NCBI GenBank assembly: GCA_964106645.2
Contig: OZ067038.1
Source: Podarcis pityusensis
Taxonomy: Eukaryota
Length of the DNA stretch: 64,000 nt
Reading direction: 5' to 3' (one strand)
Shown: piece after piece, positions 33,901-44,646 of the stretch
How positions within the stretch are numbered: the stretch's first letter is position 1
Layout of the letters: every line of letters starts with the position of its first letter
The notes under the pieces: model-generated
What the model was told of the DNA's origin: nothing
What the model saw: only the letters and a program-made list of their open reading frames with translations
Database searches by the model: none
Program-made: the position numbers and the translations under genes

Positions 33901-34830
33901 GGCAGCAAAACATCTTGTTCCTCTTGCCCATGTGTACTCTTAAAAGAAACAAAAGCAATTATCCCTTTGCTCATTGAGGGGAAATTGCGAGTAGACGTGT
34001 CTGGAATTGCAGCTTTACAGTTTTCAATTCACACTTAAGGATCAAAGGCTGCCAAGGTCAGCACAAGGTTATGGATAAGCCTGCAGCAATCTCCCTTTGG
34101 AGAGAGGATGCATGGCGGAACCCAAGAGAGAAGAGCTCATCTCTGGGAGGCTCGCTGGAACAATCCTCCCTCCCACCCCAGGCTCCTTCAAGAAAGCAAA
34201 AGGAGGACGTGGCTGCTCTTTGCAGAAAAGCCCTCGTCTTCTGCAGACTTCGACCCCCTGTCCCACTCCCCTCTCGGTGTGGAGCGAGAGATGCTCCAAA
34301 CGTAGCATAGGAAACAAAGGACGCCGACTAACACAGACTAAGTCAGAACCGTGGGGGCTACCCTTTCCTTTTCGAAATTAAAAATATGTGTAAGAAGCTT
34401 GTGCAGTGTGACATAACCCTTTGTTTCTTCAAGCTCGCACAGCCACCCACCCCAAACTGCTTTTCTCATCTACACAGTGAAAAGAAACACTGTCTCTATC
34501 TTCCTATCCATGGGTTAAAAAGTCTAGCTTTCTGTTGCAACTAGCTGCACAAAGGTTGCATTGTGCAAAGAACATGAACAGATGGCAGAGAAAAGCCTTT
34601 TTAGCATATAAGCAGTGAAGAATAATAATATAAAAAAGCCATGTAAGCCCACTTAATTTGTAGTTTTAAGCCTAAAACAGCAGGAGCAAAAACTAAAGAT
34701 GCAAGGGTCTGTTTTTCTGTGGTTTACTGTCCCCTCAGAGAGCTGCTTGACCTTTGTAGTGAATATGTAACCTAGGAACCTGTGGCAGGGGGCGGAAATG
34801 TCCTGTCTTTTGTACCATACAATCATGGTA

Positions 34831-35098
34831 AGGGTAAAGGGATCTCTGACCATTAGGTCCAGTCGTGACCGACTCTGGGGTTGCGGCGCTCATCTCGCTT
34901 TATTGGCCAAGGGAGCCGGCGTACAGCTTCCAGGTCATGTGGCCAGCATGACTAAGCCACCTCCGGCGAACTGCTAGGTTGGCAGGAGCAGGGACCGAGC
35001 AACGGAAGCTCACCCCGTCACGGGGATTCGAACCTCCAACCTTCTGATCAGCAAGTCCTAGGCTCTGTGGTTTAACCCACAGCGCCACCCGCATTCCC
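34831..35098 (-). mobile_element. Sauria-type SINE with ~80-bp internal deletion
   Basis: Imperfect TSD ACAAT(C/A)ATGGTA; deletion at CGAAC microhomology near 34967. Confidence 0.85.
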
Positions 35099-35625
35099 AC
35101 AATAATGGTACACACGTCCTATAGGGAGAAAAATAATGAGCAGGCGTAAATAGATGATAACTTGACAAAAACACCCAGAATGCCACAATAATTCCTTCTT
35201 GACATCAACAAGCAAATGTAATTCTATACTTTCATTAGTGGCATATTACTAGCAGCCAGAAGTTTAGTTTTCTGTCAGAAAGTATGTCAGGGTGAAATTG
35301 GTTTCATGGCTTATTTTGTATGTAGCATAAAACACTCCTTATCCAGAGTATAAGATGGCTAATTAATACACCTAATACTTTTAACTCTAGTAGGTGGAGC
35401 TAATCTCTTCTTGCTTGGAAAACTAATTAAGAAAAATTATTATTATAGCCTGTCTCTATTTGCATAACACTGGTTATTCTTGAAGCACATATTCTTATAT
35501 CACTGTGTACACCGAGCTAAACATGCAATCATAAGTCAAGAACTTTCCACTGCTATGCAGAAACTCTTCCCTGCCGCCCTTTGCATGGTTGCCAGATTCA
35601 GTTCATGATTAACTGTGTTAGATGT

Positions 35626-36176
35626 TGTCAGCATCGCCCTAGAGCCAGTGCACCAACTGGACTCTTGCACCTCAACCCCGACTGGGCTAGGCGAGCTGGG
35701 TAGCACCGCCAGAGACCTCCTTCTCCCAGGAAACGGTCACAGTGCTGTGGACTCACAGCTTAGAGCTGAGAGCACCGGATTCACTGTCTCAATAATACAG
35801 TCGTTGCGCAGCAGAGTTTTGCAGAGTCTTGCAGAGTATAAACCACTCGGAGAGCAGCTCTGTAAAATATCTTCCTTTTATTCTATAACTACAACTATGA
35901 TACAAAGCTATATACAGAGCTGAATACTCTAAGCATAAATCAATGCTACACCGAGAGTCTGCAGCTGCTCTTAGCAGCAATCTTATCTCTAGGATCTCTA
36001 ACACTCTCACTCTCTCCGATACACTGACTGACTGACTCTCTCTCACACACACTGATATGTTGCTGGGCAGAATAAGTAGATAGGCAGGACACGCCTCCTC
36101 TTCTCTGGAGAGTCAGCAGAGACCATCAGGAGATGATCAGGAGATTCTTGGGTATGGGAGGGGTGAAATCTCCTCA
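35626..36176 (-). repeat. Copia 3' LTR (551 bp)
   Basis: Preceded on the - strand by the polypurine tract GAAATGGGGGAGGA. Confidence 0.95.
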
Positions 36177-36456
36177 TCCTCCCCCATTTCATCCGACCAT
36201 TTCAAGAATCTTTAACATAACTGCAATTTACACACACACTCCAAAAGTTGTTCTTTGCTTACAACCTTGGTTAACATATCTGCAGGTATCTCTTTTCCCG
36301 GCATATAACACACTTTTACAAAACCATTTTGAATAAGCAGCTTCTAGAAAAATCTTCACACACATTTCTTCCTCTCAAATGCAAATTGACATTTCTAATT
36401 AGGCAGATTTGAACAAACCACTTTTCAGAACTCAAATACACGCTTTCCTTCAAATA

Positions 36457-38175
36457 TCAGGTAAGGAAATAAATAAAGCGTTTTGTGCTACTACTCTCAG
36501 CACACTTCATGCTAGGTTTGAAAACCCCACCAGAGTTGCTCGTGACCGCAGTCTTTGCAAACTCTTCAGAAAACCTTTTCGGTGGTACACCCTTGGTTGT
36601 TCTCTCGGACCTGCGCAGAACTCTTTGATCCTCTTGTTCTGGTGCTTCCTCCTCTTTAGGAGAATGGGGAGCTAAAGTATATGAAGCTGCTAAGTCTGAG
36701 TCAGCGTCAGACTCACCTGAGGCTTTTGTGCTCTGATAATCTGTGCCATCATCTGGAACTACATTGGCATCAGGATTATCACCACCAACAACACTTGCCT
36801 CCCTCTTAACTTTCTTTGCCCCTTTTGCACCATCATCACAAATGGGATGATACTGAAAAACGCCAACTTTGTCCCATTGTGGATTGTCATCAATACTCCT
36901 GGTCAACCTTATGGTTTTCGTGTCTGTGATCAGAACACGATAAGACCCTTTCTCATATCCTAGGAAAACACCATGTTCTCCACGCTTGCTCAGTTTGTCA
37001 CCCTGCGAGGTGTGCACCCAAACCTCCAAACCAAAAATTTTAAAATGCTTTACACATGGCTTTCTTCCGTGAAGCATCTCATATGGGGTGCAATTTACAC
37101 TAGACTGGTACCTCCTGTTATACACGTGACAGAAAAACGAAAGAGCTTCGGCCCAAAAGGGATTGGGCAGCCCCGAATCATGTAACAGCGTTCTGATTCC
37201 TTGCTGCAGGGTCTGGTTTACTCTCTCACATAAACCATTCTGCCAGGGTGATCTGGGCGTGGCCGTCCTATGTTCAATGCCCTGTTCAGAAAGAAAACTC
37301 TCAAACTCTTCTGAACAAAACTCTCCACCCCTGTCTGTGAAGAGAAAACGTACATTCTCATTATGTACATTTCTGAGCCATTTACAAAACTGGCGAAACT
37401 TGGTAAAGGCTTCAGACTTTTTCTGCAGCATATAGATCCAAACATATTTTGAATAGGAGTCTATCAGAACCATGAAAAACCTTGAATTGCCTCTAGAGAG
37501 CGCTAGAGGCCCCACTAAGTCTGCATGAATGACTTCATATGGTTTCTTGGCCTCTCTCCCAGACTCTGTACCTTTGGGAGCTTGTCTTGCCTTACTCTCA
37601 GCACAAGAAACACATTTCATGTGGTAGGGACATTCTTTCAACTTCATACCCTGAACCATATCAGGCATTTTTGCCACAGCCTGGAAATTCAAATGACCAT
37701 AAACGCGATGGTAATAATGAATACATTGGTCATGCAACTTCTCATTCTTATCTACAGTTAAATTGCAACACTTTTTCTCAGTAGCTTCTGCAGTGCCTGT
37801 ACCTGAAACAAAAGGCAATTGGTACAATCCATTTACACATTTTGCATACAGAATGAGCTTGCCATCTCTAAGAATTTCACAGCGAGATTTAGCAAACACC
37901 ACCTTAAACCCTTGACGATCAAGCTGGGAAACACTCAACAAATTGTCCTGAATATCAGGCGCATACAGGACATTCTTAATAGTTGCATTCAGGCTCTTTA
38001 AGAACACAGTTCCCTGAGCCATACTCGTGAGAACTGTCCCATCTGCTTGATGAATTTCTTTCTCTTGCTTCTCAAGCTGAACAAAGAGATTCTTATCTTT
38101 GGCCACGTGGTTTGAACAGCCAGAGTCGACCACGAAGAAACTCCGCCCACGTTGACTGGAACAGCGAGAGATCAA
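36457..38175 (-). CDS. Copia Pol fragment: aspartic protease and integrase, no RT
   Basis: VVDSGCSNH protease motif; HRVYGH...CVSC zinc-binding region; IHADLVGP, TDRGGEF and QNGLCERVN integrase DDE core; GVFLGY SH3-like region; LRRSER linker. Confidence 0.92.
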   Translation of the reverse strand: MISRCSSQRGRSFFVVDSGCSNHVAKDKNLFVQLEKQEKEIHQADGTVLTSMAQGTVFLKSLNATIKNVLYAPDIQDNLLSVSQLDRQGFKVVFAKSRCEILRDGKLILYAKCVNGLYQLPFVSGTGTAEATEKKCCNLTVDKNEKLHDQCIHYYHRVYGHLNFQAVAKMPDMVQGMKLKECPYHMKCVSCAESKARQAPKGTESGREAKKPYEVIHADLVGPLALSRGNSRFFMVLIDSYSKYVWIYMLQKKSEAFTKFRQFCKWLRNVHNENVRFLFTDRGGEFCSEEFESFLSEQGIEHRTATPRSPWQNGLCERVNQTLQQGIRTLLHDSGLPNPFWAEALSFFCHVYNRRYQSSVNCTPYEMLHGRKPCVKHFKIFGLEVWVHTSQGDKLSKRGEHGVFLGYEKGSYRVLITDTKTIRLTRSIDDNPQWDKVGVFQYHPICDDGAKGAKKVKREASVVGGDNPDANVVPDDGTDYQSTKASGESDADSDLAASYTLAPHSPKEEEAPEQEDQRVLRRSERTTKGVPPKRFSEEFAKTAVTSNSGGVFKPSMKCAESSSTKRFIYFLT

Positions 38176-38993
38176 GGCCTTTGAAGTAGCAGGTGCATGG
38201 GGATTTCGTCCTCCTCCCCTCTGCCTCTGAAGTTTCCCTTCTTCTTTGAAGACTTCTTACACTGGAAACTCAAATGGCCTTGTGATCCACACGAAAAGCA
38301 CCGCTTCAATTTCAAAGCTTTAACAGCAGCAGTTTCACTTTCACTTTCCCCTGCTGAAGACTCAGGCACATTTTCAAGCATATTTTTAACAGCACAGTCC
38401 CGGCTTTCTCTAACAGCCTGTCTGCGATCCCACTCATTCAAGAGCACGCTAGACACATAATCTTCTGTTAGCCGGTCAGAAGGCATTGTGGAAATCTGGG
38501 CAGCTACTCCATCATAAGACTCATCTAGGCTATTGATCATCAGCATTGCAAACACAGCCTCTGAAATAGCAAGGTCTCGCTGAACAAGGTCCTGTCTGAG
38601 ATGCTTTAATTGAGATAGATGGCTAGGCAAATCACCACCTTTCTCCAACTGCAGCCTGCACAGCTTCTTAAAGAAAATCACACTGGAACCAGCATTTTGC
38701 CTCAGATGCATATCTCTCAACTTATGCCAAACAGCTTGTGCAGTCTCTTGACCCTCTAAGTTCACCAGCAAGTGGTCTGAAACACACAAAACAATTGTCC
38801 CTCGGGCTTTCATATCTGCAGCATGCCACTCAGCCCAATCATCATCATCCTTATCTGGAGGGTCATCTTCTATCGTGTGAAATAGCTTCTCCCTCTGTAA
38901 AAGCGCTTCCATCTTTACTTGCCAAACTGCATAGGTTTCAGGCGTGAGGAGAGGAAAGGACAGAGCCATCTGGCCAGAATGTGCACAGGCCAT
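38172..38993 (-). CDS. Copia Gag (273 aa)
   Basis: Copia gag N-terminus (YAVWQVKMEALL...AQAVWHKLRDMH) and CCHC knuckle CFSCGSQGHLSFQC. Confidence 0.9.
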   Translation of the reverse strand: MACAHSGQMALSFPLLTPETYAVWQVKMEALLQREKLFHTIEDDPPDKDDDDWAEWHAADMKARGTIVLCVSDHLLVNLEGQETAQAVWHKLRDMHLRQNAGSSVIFFKKLCRLQLEKGGDLPSHLSQLKHLRQDLVQRDLAISEAVFAMLMINSLDESYDGVAAQISTMPSDRLTEDYVSSVLLNEWDRRQAVRESRDCAVKNMLENVPESSAGESESETAAVKALKLKRCFSCGSQGHLSFQCKKSSKKKGNFRGRGEEDEIPMHLLLQRP

Positions 38994-39352
38994 GTCTGCT
39001 ATTACTTAGAGCAAGACACTTCCCTCGTGCAACACAGATAAAGCCTTGACTCCTTCAGCCACTCTCTCTCCCACTCAGAGCGCAATTAACAGGCAAACAG
39101 GGATGCTATCTTCTTCCTTTGGCAGTCAGCAACATACCTCCATAAATCAAGCAGCAGCAACAGCGGCAGCGGCAGCTTGAACACTCTGCTCCAAAACAGC
39201 TCTGCTTCTGGGCACCGCAAATCAGTCCAGCATGCAGCATCCGTTCCACCGTCCGGCAATCAGCAACAGAAACCTCTGGCGACTGGGACGCCTGGGATGA
39301 CTGGAACAACGCCAGGTCAGACGACTGGAACAACGACTGGGCCCATAACCGA

Positions 39353-39903
39353 TGTCAGCATCGCCCTAGAGCCAGTGCACCAACTGGACTCTTGCACCTC
39401 AACCGCGACTGGGCTAGGCGAGCTGGGTAGCACCGCCAGAGACCTCCTTCTCCCAGGAAACGGTCACAGTGCTGTGGACTCACAGCTTAGAGCTGAGAGC
39501 ACCGGATTCACTGTCTCAATAATACAGTCGTTGCGCAGCAGAGTTTTGCAGAGTCTTGCAGAGTATAAACCACTCGGAGAGCAGCTCTGTAAAATATCTT
39601 CCTTTTATTCTATAACTACAACTATGATACAAAGCTATATACAGAGCTGAATATTCTAAGCATAAATCAATGCTACACTGAGAGTCTGCAGCTGCTCTTA
39701 GCAGCAATCTTATCTCTAGGATCTCTAACACTCTCACTCTCTCCGATACACTGACTGACTGACTCTCTCTCACACACACTGATATGTTGCTGGGCAGAAT
39801 AAGTAGATAGGCAGGACACGCCTCCTCTTCTCTGGAGAGTCAGCAGAGACCATCAGGAGATGATCAGGAGATTCTTGGGTATGGGAGGGGTGAAATCTCC
39901 TCA
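39353..39903 (-). repeat. Copia 5' LTR (551 bp)
   Basis: Direct repeat of 35626-36176, 3 mismatches seen by eye; adjacent to the PBS. Confidence 0.95.
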
Positions 39904-42142
39904 GATGTATGTAATACAGGATTTGGATGCATTTTTCATCTATTTTGTGTTGGGGAGCATCACTTTATACAGGTTTGAAGTGCAGTCAAATGGCCACCTG
40001 GATACACATGTGCCTCACTAAATCTGCACCTAGGTTTGTATGTATCGAATGAATTATTCATGTGCAGCAGCATCCAGTGCCACCCTGGCGGCTTCTTGGA
40101 TCTGTACTCTTTTGCTCATGCTCAGCACCATTCACTGCAGATTTATATATACGGAAGAAGAGGATTGCATGGGCTAACTAAAGACGTTTTGGCATGATGG
40201 TTTTGTAGTGCTAGACTTACTAATACCTACCAAAATAGAAATATGATGATCTCACAGTGAAGTACTTAACTATGTATGTATGTAGGTAGGTATGTATGTA
40301 TGTATATATATAGAGAGAGAGAGATGTATGCCAGCACATTAACAAAGGTCTCTAAGTGAAATACAATAAATAACAAAACAATTTTAATACCTGCTAGACA
40401 TAACACACAAAGCAACAAACAAAATTAATCACACACTGCCAGAGTAGACACTGGTATCTTTTTAATGCTCTTTTCACTACTGGCAATTTTAGAGAAAGCC
40501 TTTTCAGATGTTTCCACACTGTATTTGTAATAAAACATACTTTAAGCTTACCATGTGAACCTCCCTCCAATTTATTAAAAGTTCACCCCAACCTCTCACC
40601 TCTCTCAAAACACCCATGTGTGCACTGTACTGGCACCACTGCCCTTCGTTGCCTTCACACTGTTCTGGTAAGTGGCAGCGATGCGACTGTCAGAAGGGTG
40701 TGTCCACATCCATGCTGCACTGCACTGGCTGCTCCTGGTGTGAGTGAAAGAGACTAGCAAGAATCCAGAGAGTTACTGACACTCCTGCAAGAGGCTAGCC
40801 TAATAACATTTCTGAATTTTATCACATCATATACAACACATACCACTTTGAAATTTCAACAGCATTTTGCTACTTATTTGCTTTAAAACATTCCTATCCT
40901 GCCTTTCCCCAGAGTCTATAGAGTGTAACAGAAATTAAAACCATACTACGCACACTCATGAAGAAAAACAAGGCAGTAATACTATACCCAATCCAACAGA
41001 ATTTAGACTTCCTTGGTATTGCACTGCTAAGCTCCTTTTGGCTCAAAGGAAAATTCCACCGGTCTTTGTATTCTGACCAACTGTGAGGTGTATTTAACAC
41101 TTAAACAGACTAATTTAAAGAGCATGATCATGATTTCGCTCATGCATTTGTAGAAACTCAAAATACCTGATGTTAAGAGTGTTGGACTAAGAGCGTTGGA
41201 ACCCTGGGAGACCAGGGTTCAAATCCCTGCCCAGTCATGAAACTCACTGAGTGACTTTCCCTATAGCAGCGGGTATGAATATAAATCTGGATAACGATAT
41301 AAAATTAAGTAACTATAAATCTAGCCATAAGTTATTTTAATAATAACCTTTATGCAACTGACATCAACCAATATAAACACCCATAACTGCATTCATATTC
41401 TTTTAATGGAATCTATCACAAGTCACAAATATTTTATCCAACTGCATATTGTATACGTATCTAATATGTACATAATTTATGACTGCAGTATTCTGTTAAC
41501 TATAATAGGAGGCTAAATGTAGCCAACAGCTATTTATGGCAACTCACCAGGAGCTTGATAAATCACCTAGTTTTCCTGCCTGGTTGTGATTAGGAAAAAA
41601 ACAGGATGTGACCAACCACATCATGTGACCACTATACCATATCATGGTATAGTGTCTACCACAGACACTAACCAATTTCTCATAAACAACTGTAGATCAG
41701 AGTATACCTCATTAGATGTATGTAATCCAAAACTGACAGACACATACACACATTCAGGGGTTGGCAATAGAGGGGAGTCAATGGGAAACAAAATTAAAAA
41801 GAACAGACATATCTCAAAAAGCAATTGACAAGAAAATATTGTTGATAACACACATATCCTGGTGTCAGCAAACTAATGTACCATTGCTAACAATCTGTAA
41901 TCTGAAGCAAGTGGAACTGAATATCATGTTGTCTGCTTTCAAGTTTGGTAAATCACAAACTATGCACATTTGCTCAGGTCCTAACAACCTCTGAACTAGT
42001 AAATCATATGTAAGTAACTTTGTGTCCCAACCCACCTTCTTCAATATACTGCTGAAACAACATTTTTGAATTTATAGCATAAATCATGTCAACACTTCTA
42101 AAAGTAAACAGGCAGCGCATGAATGTTACATGGGCAAGAATG

Positions 42143-43488
42143 GGCACGCCTGGAAGAAGCGGACCATTTGGATCCCTTCCAGTCGGGATTCAGGCCTCAT
42201 CATGGGACTGAAACTGCCTTGGTCGCACTGGTTGATGATCTCCAGCGGGCTAGGGACAAAGGTGAGAGCTGTTTCCTAGTTCTGCTGGATCTTTCAGCGG
42301 CGTTTGATACCATCGACCATAACATCCTTCTGGACCGTCTTGAGGGGCTGGGAGCTGGGGGCACTGTTATACAGTGGTTCCGCTCCTTCCTCCTGGGCTG
42401 TGTTCAGAAAGTGGTGGTGGGGGATGAGTGTTCAGACCCCTGGGCCCTCACTTGTGGGGTGCCTCAGGGTTCTGTCCTCTCCCCCATGCTTTTCAACATC
42501 TACATGAAGCCGCTGGGAGAGATCATCAGGGGATTTGGGCTGGGTGTTCATCAGTATGCGGATGATACCCAGCTCTACCTCTCTTTCAAATCAGAACCAG
42601 TGAAGGCAGTGAAGGTCCTGTGTGAGTGCCTGGAGGCGGTTGGAGGTTGGATGGCGGCTAACAGATTGAGGTTGAATCCTGACAAGACAGAAGTACTGTT
42701 TTTGGGGGACAGGAGGCGGGCAGGTGTGGAGGATTCCCTGGTCCTGAATGGGGTAACTGTGCCCCTGAAGGACCAGGTGTGCAGCCTGGGAGTCATTTTG
42801 GACTCACAGCTGTCCATGGAGGCACAGGTCAAATCTGTGTCCAGGGCAGCTGTTTTCCAGCTCCATCTGGTACGCAGGCTGAGACCCTATCTGCCTGCGG
42901 ACTACCTCGCCAGAGTGGTGCATGCTCTGGTTATCTCCCGCTTGGATTACTGCAATGCGCTCTACGTGGGGCTACCTTTGAAGGTGACCCGGAAACTACA
43001 GCTAATCCAGAACGCGGCAGCTAGACTGGTGACTGGGAGCGGCCGCAGAGACCACATAACACCGGTCTTGAAAGACCTACATTGGCTCCCAGTACGTTTC
43101 CGAGCACAATTCAAAGTGTTGGTGCTGACCTTTAAAGCCCTAAACGGCCTTGGTCCAGTATATCTGAAGGAACGTCTCCACCCCCATCGTTCTATCCGGA
43201 CACTGAGGTCCAGCACCGAGGGCCTTCTGGCGGTTCCCTCACTGCGAGAAGCCAAGTTACAGGGAACCAGGCAGAGGGCCTTCTCAGTAGTGGCGCCTTC
43301 CCTGTGGAACACCCTCCCACCAGATGTCAAAGAGAACAACAACTACCAGGCTTTTAGAAGACATCTGAAGGCAGCCCTGTTTCGGGAAGCTTTTAATGTT
43401 TGATGTATTATAGTATTTTAATATTCTTTTGGAAGCCGCCCAGAGTGGCCGGGGAAGCCCAGCCAGATGGGCGGGGTATAAATAATAA

Positions 43489-43532
<44 letters not shown>
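42143..43532 (+). mobile_element. 5'-truncated L2-clade LINE with an open ~420-aa RT/C-terminal ORF and (ATT)n tail
   Basis: QSGFRPHHGTETAL, LLDLSAAFDTIDH, GVPQGSVLSP and YADD motifs; L2-type C-terminus LHWLPV...AFSVVAPSLWN; ORF ends at 43403; 5' boundary approximate. Confidence 0.93.
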
Positions 43533-43533
<1 letters not shown>

Positions 43534-44604
43534 GTAACTAGCACTTAACTGATTGTATGTGGGGTTTTGTTTTAGTTCTGTTTTAAAAAAAGAATTGTGT
43601 GTTTTACAGTGGTAATATTAAGGCCTAATGAGCCTCTGCTAGTGTTTTGCTCCCATGTCATGGAACATCGTCCAACAGAGATCCAGCAGGTACCCTTGAC
43701 TTTCAGGCTTCTCTTGAACAGCTTTTTATGCCGACAGTCCTTAATGGCTCTTTAATTTTCAGATTTTTGATTAGCCAATCACTTTATTTTTTTTAATTGT
43801 ATTTCATGTTTTAATGTTGTGCATTGCCCTGATGTTTTACGATATGGCGACACAGAAATACTTTTATAAACATATGTGTGTGTGTGTGTGTATTGTATTG
43901 TATTGTATTCTAACACTGATAAAAACAGTATTTATTGATCAGTTACAATATACAGGTTCTGCCCATTTTGCTTCTTTAGGTGAAGATTAATTAGGAACTG
44001 TTGAAGAGACATCGCTCCCCAACTGACCTTTATCATGCTATATTATCTTTTGATACCCCCTTAATTCGGTTGATTATTGTACTTATATCCTACTCTTCCA
44101 TTTGGGAGCGCAGAGCAGCTTGCATGTGAGCCCCAGTGGTCTTATCCTGCCCCAGTCTTCACCATACTTGGGTAGTTTCCACACTATTTAGCTGTTTTGA
44201 AGTGTTTTGCCTTGGGCTACTGTTTTGGGGACAGACACCTGCCCTGACTAGGCAAAACTAATTATGTGTTTCTTTGCCTCCTGCCCATATCACCTTTGCT
44301 TGGATAATGAAAAGATACCTTTAGGGCTGTCTAATCCAACACCCATGAACAGCCATTTACAACTTGTTCTAGGCATGAACTGTTTTAGACAAAAACATAA
44401 GGGGAGAGAAAGTTTCATAAGATTTCTTTTGCCACTTAGGGTTGATATTGGAAAGTGCTTTCTAGGTGGATGCAGCAAAAGCACCTATAATGCATGAATT
44501 CTGTATTCTCTCAGCTTGCTGCAACCTGCCCAGGCCCCACAGCTTGGGATAGGCCAACAAACCCCAGCTTTTTAAAGAGCACAGGGGTCTTTAGTAGGAA
44601 GGAG

Positions 44605-44607
<3 letters not shown>

Positions 44608-44644
<37 letters not shown>
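44608..44644. repeat. (TA)n microsatellite
   Basis: Seen directly. Confidence 0.95.

Positions 44645-44646
<2 letters not shown>

Larger units (their letters stand above)
35626..39903 (-). mobile_element. Ty1/Copia LTR retrotransposon, non-autonomous (RT deleted), recent insertion
   Basis: Two 551-bp TG...CA LTRs; 5-bp TSD GATGT at 35621-35625 and 39904-39908; copia-type PBS GGTTATGGGCCCAG at 39350-39337; PPT next to 36177; gag-PR-IN domain order. Confidence 0.96.
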
